From positions 63,725 to 127,724 of the forward strand of contig JBGGMJ010000211.1 of NCBI GenBank assembly GCA_041288095.1: a stretch of DNA of 64,000 nucleotides. Direction: 5' to 3'. Position 1 is the stretch's first letter. Each line of letters begins with the position of its first letter. This document shows, piece by piece, positions 29,106 through 37,937 of the stretch. This stretch comes from Myxococcota bacterium. GTDB lineage: Bacteria; Myxococcota; XYA12-FULL-58-9; JALHOP01. The position numbers were made by a program, and so were the translations under genes. The notes beneath the pieces are model-generated. The model made no database searches. It was not told the origin of the DNA and saw only the letters and a list, made by a program, of their open reading frames with translations.

Positions 29106-30355
29106 CCCGTTCCGGTCCTCTGCGTGTCGCGGGTCTGTTGCTGCTCGGTTCCACCCTCACGGGCAGCAAGTGCGTGAGCTACGACGAGCGGCTGACGGTG
29201 CCCAGCGATCCGAACAACGCCGGTGACGCCGACGGCGATGCCGACCCCGGCGACGGGACCGTGACGGAGTGCCTGCCGCCCGAGCCGGTTTACGACCTGA
29301 ACGAGATGCGTCGCGCCGCCTGTGTCGGCCTGCGCTGCGCCTCACAGCGCGCCTCTGCATTCTGGTTCGACGCTTGGGAAGATCACGACGTCGTCCGTGT
29401 CGTCCGCTTTCGCGATGACGCTCCGGGGCCGCGCTTCGACGTCACCGACGAGCAAGGCGCGCCGTCGAGCCTCGCGTTCGTCCAGGGTACGCCGGTGACG
29501 CTGATCGTCCGCAACGAGGGTGATGCCGGGGTCAGCCGAGCTTATGACTTCACCGCGCCGCTCCTCTTCCACCACGTCGCCTGGCGCGACATCGCGACGA
29601 GCGACGGCACCTACGAAGCCGCGACCTTCGACGCGGTGTTGCCCGGCTACGCTAGTGGCCAGCGGCGCGAGGTCGTGATCGCGTTCGTCCCCATCGAGCG
29701 CGGCACCTTCGACGTCTACTCGTCGGGCGGCGTCGTCAACGGCACCGCCTATTCCGCTATCGCGTCCGGAACGGCGACGCCTGATCTCGCGACCGGCGAC
29801 GCGGGCCAGGGCATGAAGACGACGCTCACGATCACGGGCGATTCCCCGTTGACTCTGTTTCGGGGCAGCGACGTCGACCGCGATGCGCGCCTCGACGACG
29901 ATCCGCGCCGCGCCGCGAGCGACCCAGTATGGGACCCAGGCAACCTGCGCACGGTGACCATCGACGCGGTCGAGGCACAGAACCCCGATACCGGCGGAGA
30001 CATCTTCACCTTTCAGTGGAGCTCACTCGCCTTCCCGGTGAACGTCGCTCACGTGATCGAGCTGCACAGTGTCGCGGCCAACCGCTACCAGCACAACTTC
30101 ACCGCCCTGGGTCTCATGCGTGGCTCGGTGAACCGCGGCGTCAGCGACAGCCAAACCGAGGTGCGCGCGGCTTCGTACGACAGCATCAACATCGTCGCGG
30201 GCAAGACCATCCGCATCTACTTCGTGCCCACCGTCATCGCCCGCTACGAAGTTTTCTGCCAGCTGGGGATCGTCTTCAGCAGCAACGGTCAGCCCGACCT
30301 GCAATCGGGACACGCGGGCGCCGGCATGCACGATGTGGTCGAGGTCGTGCCGTGA
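29102..30355 (+). CDS. exported two-domain cupredoxin-like protein
   Basis: ATGA coupling; internal repeat. Domain 2 has HNF...FC...GH...GM (type-1 Cu ligands); domain 1 has YDF...YS...GD...GM. Confidence 0.7.
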   Translation: MTRSGPLRVAGLLLLGSTLTGSKCVSYDERLTVPSDPNNAGDADGDADPGDGTVTECLPPEPVYDLNEMRRAACVGLRCASQRASAFWFDAWEDHDVVRVVRFRDDAPGPRFDVTDEQGAPSSLAFVQGTPVTLIVRNEGDAGVSRAYDFTAPLLFHHVAWRDIATSDGTYEAATFDAVLPGYASGQRREVVIAFVPIERGTFDVYSSGGVVNGTAYSAIASGTATPDLATGDAGQGMKTTLTITGDSPLTLFRGSDVDRDARLDDDPRRAASDPVWDPGNLRTVTIDAVEAQNPDTGGDIFTFQWSSLAFPVNVAHVIELHSVAANRYQHNFTALGLMRGSVNRGVSDSQTEVRAASYDSINIVAGKTIRIYFVPTVIARYEVFCQLGIVFSSNGQPDLQSGHAGAGMHDVVEVVP

Positions 30356-31167
30356 GAGCGATCTGGGTCGTCGTCGCGGGCCTCATGGTGTCCTCGGCGG
30401 CACGCGCGTATCCCCCGTATCGCCGGCTCGCCATGGTGCACTACGGGGCACCCGTGGGCTGCGAGCTATGCCACGCGCGCGCCGACAGCACCGAGCGCAG
30501 CGCCTACGGACGGGCGTGGCACGACAAGGGCGAAAACGAGAGCGCCTTCGGACCGCTCGAGGGGGGCGACCTCGACGGCGACGGCACGCGCAACGTCGAC
30601 GAGATTCGCGGCGGCTCCGACCCCAATGACCGGGAAAGCACGCCGTCGAGCCCGGGCAAATACGCCAAGCGGGCACAGGTCACGCACATTCCCGTCGAGC
30701 AGCTCCAACTCGTGGCCGAGGCCGTCGAGCGTTACGACGTCGTCGAGCCCACCTTGAGTCCCGCCCAACTCGCGAAGCTCGAAGCAGGCCTCGGCCGCAC
30801 CGCCACAGCGGACGAGAGATTGCCTACCCTTTATCTCGCGGTGCGCGGGGGCAAGCCCGACGAGGTGTTGGTCTTCAGCCACGCCGGCGCCGGCAAGCTC
30901 GAGGTGTCGCTGTTGCTCGCGATTGGCACCGACGGCAGAGCACGGCGCATCGCCCTCTATCGCGCTGGTGGCGATGACGGCGCGCGTTTCCAAGCTTATC
31001 TGCGCTGTTTCAGCGGACGCGGAAAAGACGACATCGCGAGACGCGCCGCGCTCGAGTGCGCCGGCGCCTCCGCCAAGAACGCGACCGACAAACAGCTGAA
31101 CGCGGTCATCGCGGAATCCGTGCGGGCGGCGCTATGGCTGGTGTTCACCGCCTTCGGAGCGAGCTGA
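30352..31167 (+). CDS. monoheme cytochrome c with a DxDGDG calcium-binding-like repeat
   Basis: GTG start overlapping the previous stop; signal peptide ending ARA-YP; CELCH; DLDGDGTRNVDEI..GSDPND. Confidence 0.7.
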   Translation: MRAIWVVVAGLMVSSAARAYPPYRRLAMVHYGAPVGCELCHARADSTERSAYGRAWHDKGENESAFGPLEGGDLDGDGTRNVDEIRGGSDPNDRESTPSSPGKYAKRAQVTHIPVEQLQLVAEAVERYDVVEPTLSPAQLAKLEAGLGRTATADERLPTLYLAVRGGKPDEVLVFSHAGAGKLEVSLLLAIGTDGRARRIALYRAGGDDGARFQAYLRCFSGRGKDDIARRAALECAGASAKNATDKQLNAVIAESVRAALWLVFTAFGAS

Positions 31168-31177
31168 TGGTGCGACC

Positions 31178-31783
31178 TTGAACCCAGAAGGTCTCGACCT
31201 CAATCGGTACGCTCCTGTCGCGAGCGCCCCGCCACCGGCGAGCGTCGGCTGGGTCGTGGCGGCAATCGTCCTGTTCGTGCTGTTCATCGCGCTATCAGCG
31301 ACATTGGCGGCGCGCTGGCTGCCGTCCGCTATCGAAGACGACGCCCTGCTCCCACGCGCGTCGCGTCCGGTGCGACTGCTCGTGCTCGTTACCTTGGTCG
31401 CGCTCCTCGGGGTCCAAGCGCTCGGGGCCATCGACGTCTTCGTCCAGACGCGCATCGTCTACGACGACGCCGGGGCCTACTTCGCGCACCTGTCGCTGGG
31501 ACGTCTCGTCGGCACCAGCCATGCGCACCTATTCGGCTACGCCTTGCTCTACGGCATGGTGGCGCTCTTTGCCTGCATGAGCGCCGCGCCGCCGGCGTGG
31601 AAGCGCTGGCTGGTGGCGGCGTTGTGCTGGGCTGGCCCGTTCGACATCGCGTCGTGGTGGGGCATGAAGTATCTCACCGCGCGCTTCGAGCTGCTGTCGC
31701 ATGCCACCGCGCTGGCGAGCGTCGGCGCTAGTCTCGCGACTCTGCTGCTCGTCGCATCCGCCGTTCGCAAGGCGCCCGCGTGA
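31178..31783 (+). CDS. multi-pass membrane protein with SHAHLFG motif
   Basis: About 5 hydrophobic segments; His pair could ligate heme or metal. Confidence 0.65.
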   Translation: MNPEGLDLNRYAPVASAPPPASVGWVVAAIVLFVLFIALSATLAARWLPSAIEDDALLPRASRPVRLLVLVTLVALLGVQALGAIDVFVQTRIVYDDAGAYFAHLSLGRLVGTSHAHLFGYALLYGMVALFACMSAAPPAWKRWLVAALCWAGPFDIASWWGMKYLTARFELLSHATALASVGASLATLLLVASAVRKAPA

Positions 31784-34437
31784 GCCGACAAACCACCAGC
31801 ATTCGGCGGCGCCTGTTGCTCGCCGTTCTGCCGGTGATGACGGTGGCTCTGCTCGCGGCGCTGCTCGTCGCCACCGCCACCGCGCGGCGCGGCCTGTCAT
31901 CGCTTTCGGATACGAACCTGACGCTCACCGCCGAAAGCCTGGCTGACGCCATCGGCCAGACCGTCGCGGACGCTTTGGCGGACACGGTGACCGCGGCGCG
32001 GCTCGATCTCGCTGCCGAAGCCGTCGAGACCGGTGACCCGAAGAACTTCGACTGGTACGCCGACGAGCTGGTGCTGGGGAAACGCAAGTACTCGGGGCTC
32101 GCGGTCGCCGACAACGCCGGCAAGGCGGTCGCGGCGAACGCCATCGACCGCACGGGCAAGCCCCTGACGCAGCTCATTCGCGGCGGCGTCCTCGAGGCCG
32201 CGGTGGTCGGCCGGCTCGCGGGCGCGGGCAAAGACGCCTCGGCGGCGTTCGGCCCCGGCGAGGCAAGCGCGTTCGCCGGCGGGCGCAGCGTCGGCTTCGT
32301 CGCGCCGGTGTTCGATATCGTCGACGAGCGCATCGGCACCGTGGTGCTCGGGCTCGCGCTCGACTACTTCGCGGCGCGGCTGGCCGCGGCGAGCGTGGTC
32401 AGCTCGAGCCGCGTGGATTCGCTCGCGGTGATCGTCGACGGCCAGGGCAGTCCGCTCGTTTGGCCGGAAGGTATCGCGGCGGAGGGCTGGCGGACGGGTG
32501 GCGAGAGCTGGCGCGCAGCCGATGGCTCGCTCTATCGGGCGGTGAGCCGCCCCGTCCCCCCGCCGGCGGACCGCTTCGGCTGGTCGATCGTCGCGCTCAA
32601 GACCGATGCGGCGCTCGCCGCGCCGGTGAACGCCATCACCAACCGTATCCTGCTCGGCACCGGCATCTCGCTGCTCGCCGCGCTGGCGCTGCTCATGTTC
32701 ACCACCACGCGCATCGTCGAACCACTACGGCGGCTCACCCGCGCCGTCACCACCACCGAACGGGCCGGCGGCTTCGTCGCGTTACCGGTCGAGACGAACG
32801 ACGAGACAGGCGCGTTGACGGCATCGGTGAACGCCATGATGGACACGATCCGATCCTACGAGAGCGACCTCGAGGCCAAAGTGCGCGCCCGCACCGCCGA
32901 GCTCGCCGCCGCCAAGCGTGAGCTCACCGACATCTTCGACAACATGGAGCAAGCCATCTTCACGGTGAACGCCGAGGGGACGGTAAACGCCCAGTACTCC
33001 GCGGCGTCGCGACGCATCTTCGGTCACGAAGACATCGCCAAGCGGCCGGCGCACGAGCTGCTGCAGTTCGCGGCGCCCTGGAACGGCGCCGACGAACGCA
33101 TGCGGCTTTGGCTCGCCAGCATCATCGGTGCCGATGACCTTCAGTGGACGCTGGCCGCCGAGGACCCGCCCTCACGCGTCCGCTATCGCAAGCAGGACGA
33201 CGAGACGCCGCGCAACGTCATCGATCTGCAGTATGTGCCCATTTACGACGCCGGCGCGGTGGCCAAGGTGATGATCATCGCCACCGACGTGACCCGCGTC
33301 GTCGACCTCGAGCACGAGCTGCGCGCGCAGGCCGAAGAGAACCGACTGACCGTGGAGCGCGTCAGCGAGATCATCAGCATCGACCCGCGGCTATTCACTA
33401 CCTTCATGAACGAGGCGCGGGCGCTGACCGACGATGCCCAGACGAAGTTGGATGCGATTGGCGGGGGCGACGAGGCGGCGCTGCGCGAGCTGTTCCGCGC
33501 CATGCATACGCTCAAGGGTAACGCGCGTATCTTCCGCCTCACCAGCATCCAGAATGCCGCGCACGCCGTCGAAGACGAGCTCGACATCATGCGGGCGGGC
33601 AAGGCAAGCCAGGAGGCGCTGCCGCGCTTGCGCGAGAGTGTCGCGACGCTCACCAAGCTGGTCACGGAGTTCGAGAGACTCGCGACGCGCGTTGTCGGCA
33701 CCCAGGGCGCCGGTGACGCCGTGGGGCAAGCCGTGGTGCGTGTGCGCGAGGCTCACGTGCTCGCGCTGCGCCGCGCCTTCAAGGATCTGCGCGAGCGGCT
33801 GCGCGCGACTGGCGGCGAAGGGGAAGCGCTGGCGCCGCTCGGCGAAGCCATCGTCGCTCTCGGCCGCGTACCTTTCGGCAGCGTCATTGCGCGCTATCAA
33901 CGCGAGGTGCTCGACATCGCCCGCGAGCAGCAGAAACGCGTCCACGAGGTCGCGGTCATCGGCGAGGCTGTCGAGGTGGATGGACGCCTGGCGGACAAGC
34001 TCGGCATCGTTCTCATGCACGTCCTGCGCAACGCCATCGATCACGGCATCGAAGCGCCGGACCAGCGAGCGGCCGCCGGCAAGACGGCTCAGGGCACCAT
34101 CAAGGTCGAGCTCGTCGTGACCGGCGACACGCTGCGGCTCAGCGTCACCGACGATGGCGGCGGCATCGACTACGCTCACGTACGCGATCTCGCATACGAG
34201 CGCGGCCTGCTCGGCGAAGACGCCATCGCGGACGATGCGGCGCTCACCGAGCTGCTCTTCACGCCCGGCTTCTCGACCGCCCGCGTCGTCACCGCCATCT
34301 CGGGTCGCGGCGTCGGCCTGGACGTGGTACGCACAGCGGTGCGAGACCTTCGGGGCGAAGTCCACATGACGTCGCGGCGCGGGCAAGGCGCGACGATCGA
34401 GGTCCACCTGCCGTTACGCGACCAAGAGGCGATTTGA
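31780..34437 (+). CDS. transmembrane CheA-like histidine kinase: periplasmic Cache-like, HAMP, PAS, HPt, HATPase; no CheW domain
   Basis: Two TMs, HAMP (NDETGALTASVNAM), HPt LFRAMHTLKGNA, HVLRNAIDHGIE, DDGGGID, FTPGFST, SGRGVGLD; protein ends right after the ATPase. Confidence 0.88.
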   Translation: MSRQTTSIRRRLLLAVLPVMTVALLAALLVATATARRGLSSLSDTNLTLTAESLADAIGQTVADALADTVTAARLDLAAEAVETGDPKNFDWYADELVLGKRKYSGLAVADNAGKAVAANAIDRTGKPLTQLIRGGVLEAAVVGRLAGAGKDASAAFGPGEASAFAGGRSVGFVAPVFDIVDERIGTVVLGLALDYFAARLAAASVVSSSRVDSLAVIVDGQGSPLVWPEGIAAEGWRTGGESWRAADGSLYRAVSRPVPPPADRFGWSIVALKTDAALAAPVNAITNRILLGTGISLLAALALLMFTTTRIVEPLRRLTRAVTTTERAGGFVALPVETNDETGALTASVNAMMDTIRSYESDLEAKVRARTAELAAAKRELTDIFDNMEQAIFTVNAEGTVNAQYSAASRRIFGHEDIAKRPAHELLQFAAPWNGADERMRLWLASIIGADDLQWTLAAEDPPSRVRYRKQDDETPRNVIDLQYVPIYDAGAVAKVMIIATDVTRVVDLEHELRAQAEENRLTVERVSEIISIDPRLFTTFMNEARALTDDAQTKLDAIGGGDEAALRELFRAMHTLKGNARIFRLTSIQNAAHAVEDELDIMRAGKASQEALPRLRESVATLTKLVTEFERLATRVVGTQGAGDAVGQAVVRVREAHVLALRRAFKDLRERLRATGGEGEALAPLGEAIVALGRVPFGSVIARYQREVLDIAREQQKRVHEVAVIGEAVEVDGRLADKLGIVLMHVLRNAIDHGIEAPDQRAAAGKTAQGTIKVELVVTGDTLRLSVTDDGGGIDYAHVRDLAYERGLLGEDAIADDAALTELLFTPGFSTARVVTAISGRGVGLDVVRTAVRDLRGEVHMTSRRGQGATIEVHLPLRDQEAI

Positions 34438-34438
34438 C

Positions 34439-34924
34439 GTGAGCGGTCCGCCGAAGCTGTTGGGTCTCGCCGCGCTGCTGTGCGCCGTCGTCTCGCCGAG
34501 TCGCGCTCGTGCTGAGCTCAAGACCCTCGGCGTCGGCGACAAGATGGCCATGGTGCGCGACCAGTTTCCGCCGGAGCAGCAGGCCCGCTACGATGTCTTC
34601 AAGGTGCGCTGCACCAAATGCCACGCCATGGCGCGCCCCATCGCCGCCTTGCGCACCGGTACTTCGCCCGTGACCGGCGGCGTGTTCGACCAGGACACCT
34701 TGAAGAAGTACGTCGTGAAGATGATGCGCAAACCCAACTCGGGCATCGCCAAGGACGAGGCACGCGAGATCCTCACCTTCCTCTCGTTCGCGTTGACGCT
34801 CACTGAAGACGAGCGGGCCCACATGCCGCCACAGCTGCCCCCATCCGAATCGGCGGAACCCCCAGCAAGCGAGCAGCGTGCCAGTGATTCTCCGACACCA
34901 TCGCCAGAGCCGGCCCCGCACTGA
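34439..34924 (+). CDS. periplasmic monoheme cytochrome c
   Basis: Signal peptide ending ARA, CTKCH, distal Met region KMMRK. Confidence 0.8.
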   Translation: MSGPPKLLGLAALLCAVVSPSRARAELKTLGVGDKMAMVRDQFPPEQQARYDVFKVRCTKCHAMARPIAALRTGTSPVTGGVFDQDTLKKYVVKMMRKPNSGIAKDEAREILTFLSFALTLTEDERAHMPPQLPPSESAEPPASEQRASDSPTPSPEPAPH

Positions 34925-34961
34925 AGTCTGCTATGATGAAGCCCGAGGTAGTCGCTTGATC

Positions 34962-35846
34962 GTGAAGAAGTACCTCCTCATCTTCGTTGGCTCGGGCCGC
35001 GACGAGCTCCTCCATCTGACACCGCATTTGAAGGCGTTGAACTTCGAAGTCGGTTGGATCGCGCAAAGCGAGCAAGCCAGGGAGGTACTCTCAAGCGCGG
35101 ATTGCCTCTCGCTGGTGCTCATCGATGCGACCGACACGGCCGAGACCGAGCGCGGCGTCGTTAGCTTCATTCGCGAGCGGCAACCGCGGCTCCCGATCAT
35201 CTGGATCCAGCGCAAGGGCGCGGTACCGATCTTCAGTGGTCCTCCTCCCGACGTGATCTTGCAGGGCCATGTCGAGCCGGATGTCCTGACCGCTGTAGCG
35301 GCCACGCTGCTGCGCGAGCGCTTCTACACGCGCGGCCTCGTCGACGACCTGGTGGCGAGCGTCGTCGGCATCGGTCGCGAGAGCTTCGGCACCGAGCTCA
35401 CCCCGGCGGATCCAGTGCTGAAGTCGACCACCGAACAGATCTCGGGTCTGTCTACCCTGCTCTACTTCGCCGGCAGCGGTGTAGCCGGGCACGTCATCGC
35501 TGGTGCCGCGCCCGAGTACCTCATCACCCTGCACCAGCGTTTGCTGCCGAACATCGCGAAGCCCACTCTCGAACAGCTCGCGGATCTTCTGGGCGAGCTC
35601 GCAAACCAAGTCGTCGGCCGCCTCCGCTCGCAGCACGGGCTGGTCTTCGATGTCGGCGCACCCCTGCTCGTGCGCGGTGCCAATGTCGTCGTGCGCCAGG
35701 TCGCCGGCAGCCCGGCGCTGCTCGTCTCGTTCCACGATGGTCCGTCGCGCATCGACATCGAGCTGTGCCTGCACCGCTTCGATGAGCGATTGACAGTGCG
35801 GCAAGTCACCTCGTCGCTACCCCCCGGCGAGCTCGTTTTCTTGTGA
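34962..35846 (+). CDS. degenerate receiver plus CheX-like phosphatase (second copy)
   Basis: LSLVLID; ADLLGELANQVVG CheX motif; TGcTATGAT extended -10 upstream. Confidence 0.7.
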   Translation: MKKYLLIFVGSGRDELLHLTPHLKALNFEVGWIAQSEQAREVLSSADCLSLVLIDATDTAETERGVVSFIRERQPRLPIIWIQRKGAVPIFSGPPPDVILQGHVEPDVLTAVAATLLRERFYTRGLVDDLVASVVGIGRESFGTELTPADPVLKSTTEQISGLSTLLYFAGSGVAGHVIAGAAPEYLITLHQRLLPNIAKPTLEQLADLLGELANQVVGRLRSQHGLVFDVGAPLLVRGANVVVRQVAGSPALLVSFHDGPSRIDIELCLHRFDERLTVRQVTSSLPPGELVFL

Positions 35847-36292
35847 GGAAGCTCGGCACGCTGTCGCTCACCGTAGCGCTTTGGCTCGGCACGACCGCCG
35901 GCAAGTGTGTCGGTTACGATGAACGCTTGGTGCCCCCGACGGCGCTGCCGGGGGGTGATGGCGGTGCCGTGGTCAGCGCGACGCCCTGCCCAGACCCGAG
36001 CGAAGCGATCCTCGCGGTCGAGGAGTTCGCATTCATCGTCCGGTGCGGCTGCCTCGAGCCGCCGGGCGTCTACACCGAAGACGACAAGCACTGCACCATT
36101 CCCGTTGGGACCACCGTGACCTGGATGTTCCAGGGCAGCCAGCAGCACAATGTCGCGAGTGAAGCCTTCGCCGACTCGCGGCCGCGCACCACCGGCCGAT
36201 ATTCGGTGCCGTTCGATACACCGGGCGTCTACGACTACTCGTGCTCGTTGCACATCGGGCAAATGAGCGGCTACTCGATCATCGTCCGCTAA
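35843..36292 (+). CDS. plastocyanin-like blue copper protein
   Basis: VGTTVTW, HNV, FDTPGVYDYSCSLH...M (C-x2-H-x3-M). Confidence 0.85.
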   Translation: MRKLGTLSLTVALWLGTTAGKCVGYDERLVPPTALPGGDGGAVVSATPCPDPSEAILAVEEFAFIVRCGCLEPPGVYTEDDKHCTIPVGTTVTWMFQGSQQHNVASEAFADSRPRTTGRYSVPFDTPGVYDYSCSLHIGQMSGYSIIVR

Positions 36293-36297
36293 AGCGA

Positions 36298-37479
36298 CTA
36301 AATACCCACGAGGAGCTGCAACGACCCGAAGAGCGAGTCGTCATCGTCGGCGTAGCCCATCGCGAGGCGCGCCCGAACGTTCTCGAACGCCAACGCCAAG
36401 AGGCCGAGCTGATACTGGGTGAAGGCGCTACGAGCCGCGGCGGCGTCCTGATAGTCGATCTGGCCGGCCACGGTGAGCCAAGCGGTGACGCCGTACGAAA
36501 GCTCCGTGGTGTTGGTGATGCTGCGGTTGGTGAGGTCGACGCGCCGGTCGACGTCGGCGCCGAGCATCACGCCGTTGCGCAGTCTCAAAGCACGAAAACC
36601 GAAGCGGATGTCGCCGCCCACGCGCCGCAGCTCGTATCCAGGCACGCCGAAGTCACCACTCAGCCCGTAGTAACCCCACTGCGCCAGCTCGACGGAGATG
36701 TCGTCGACCCACGACGTTTCTTCGAGGTCGATGTCGGGCTCCTCGCCCAACCAATTGGCGCCGCCGAGCTTCAGGCTCGCATGATAGTAGGCGTCGAAGT
36801 TCGAGTCCGCCCCGGCGTTCTGCACCATGCCTACCGCGTAGAAGCCGCGTTTCCACAAGACGCCGTTCACCTCGAGACCGTTGCGCCCCTGGCCGAGCAC
36901 GTGACCGTCGACCGGCGAGCCGCTGACCGCGAAGGTATCGAAATAGCTGTCGTTGGCGCGTAGGAGCGTCGTCGTCGGCTCGAAGCGACCGATGATGACG
37001 TTGAGCTCGCGGCGGTTGGCGAGACGCGTGAGGTGGACGAACAACCGGTTCGGCGCGCCGCTGCCTGTCCATTCCGTGAACAGGGCCGCGTGCTCACCAA
37101 GCGTCGTTCCCAACATCACCTTGAGCGACGGCGAGCCGAAGCCGATGGGATGCTCGAGCTCATCGTCGTTGCTGTAGCTTGCGCCGAAGGTGCCGATGAA
37201 CGCGACGGGCACCACGAGCGGAAAGGTCGCGTCCATGAAGCCGATGCCGAGCATGGGCAGAGGCTCGGGCTTACGCGCGCGCGCATCGACGTCGAGCTCA
37301 CCCGGCCAACGATAGCCGTTGCGACGGAAGATCTCGCCGAACTCGTTACGCACCGGGATGGTCGCGTGACACGTCGAGCACGGCACCTGGTAGGCGCGGG
37401 CGAACGCCGGCAAGGCCCGTGCTACCGACGGCACCGCTACGCTCGCGAGCACGATGAGCCCGAACCAGGCGAAACGCAC
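36298..37479 (-). CDS. Cyc2-like fused monoheme cytochrome c / outer membrane porin
   Basis: After the signal peptide: ALPAFARAYQVPCSTCH..P..NEFG..F..NGY, followed by about 300 aa of amphipathic beta-strands. Confidence 0.75.
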   Translation of the reverse strand: MRFAWFGLIVLASVAVPSVARALPAFARAYQVPCSTCHATIPVRNEFGEIFRRNGYRWPGELDVDARARKPEPLPMLGIGFMDATFPLVVPVAFIGTFGASYSNDDELEHPIGFGSPSLKVMLGTTLGEHAALFTEWTGSGAPNRLFVHLTRLANRRELNVIIGRFEPTTTLLRANDSYFDTFAVSGSPVDGHVLGQGRNGLEVNGVLWKRGFYAVGMVQNAGADSNFDAYYHASLKLGGANWLGEEPDIDLEETSWVDDISVELAQWGYYGLSGDFGVPGYELRRVGGDIRFGFRALRLRNGVMLGADVDRRVDLTNRSITNTTELSYGVTAWLTVAGQIDYQDAAAARSAFTQYQLGLLALAFENVRARLAMGYADDDDSLFGSLQLLVGI

Positions 37480-37511
37480 GCCGCGAGGATACGTGAGAAG
37501 CGGCCGACGAC

Positions 37512-37937
37512 CTAACGTTTCAACAAACGCAGGAGCCGCTCTTCTTCGCGCTTCATCTTGCGGGCCTGGGTGCCCCCATGAACGTGGTCGTGTCCGACGA
37601 GATGCAAGATGCCGTGGACGAGCAGCCGGTCGAGCTCGGCCTTCAAGTCGTTACCGAACTTCGGCGCCTGGCGCGCGGCGGTCTCGACGCTGATGATGAC
37701 GTCACCCAGGACGCGCGTGCGCTCGAAGTCCGCCTGAGGGAACGAGAGGACATCGGTCGGCTTGTCCTTGTCGCGCCACTGCCGATTCAGCCCGTGGATG
37801 GTCGCGTCATCGGTGAGCACGAGCGAGAGCTCGGCGTCCTCGAAACCGATGCCGGCGAGAACCTGTTTGGCTTTTCGACTCAGGTCGCGGACCGACACCC
37901 GTCGGTCACGCGCCTGATTATCGATGATTACACTCAA
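37512..37937 (-). CDS. ybeY: rRNA maturation RNase YbeY
   Basis: LNRQWRDKDKPTDVLSF, LGDVIIS, HGILHLVGHDH. Confidence 0.95.
   Translation of the reverse strand: MSVIIDNQARDRRVSVRDLSRKAKQVLAGIGFEDAELSLVLTDDATIHGLNRQWRDKDKPTDVLSFPQADFERTRVLGDVIISVETAARQAPKFGNDLKAELDRLLVHGILHLVGHDHVHGGTQARKMKREEERLLRLLKR

Noticed and set aside
26692..35846. Classical chemotaxis operon
   Set aside because: No MCP, CheW, CheR or CheB, and the kinase lacks a CheW domain.
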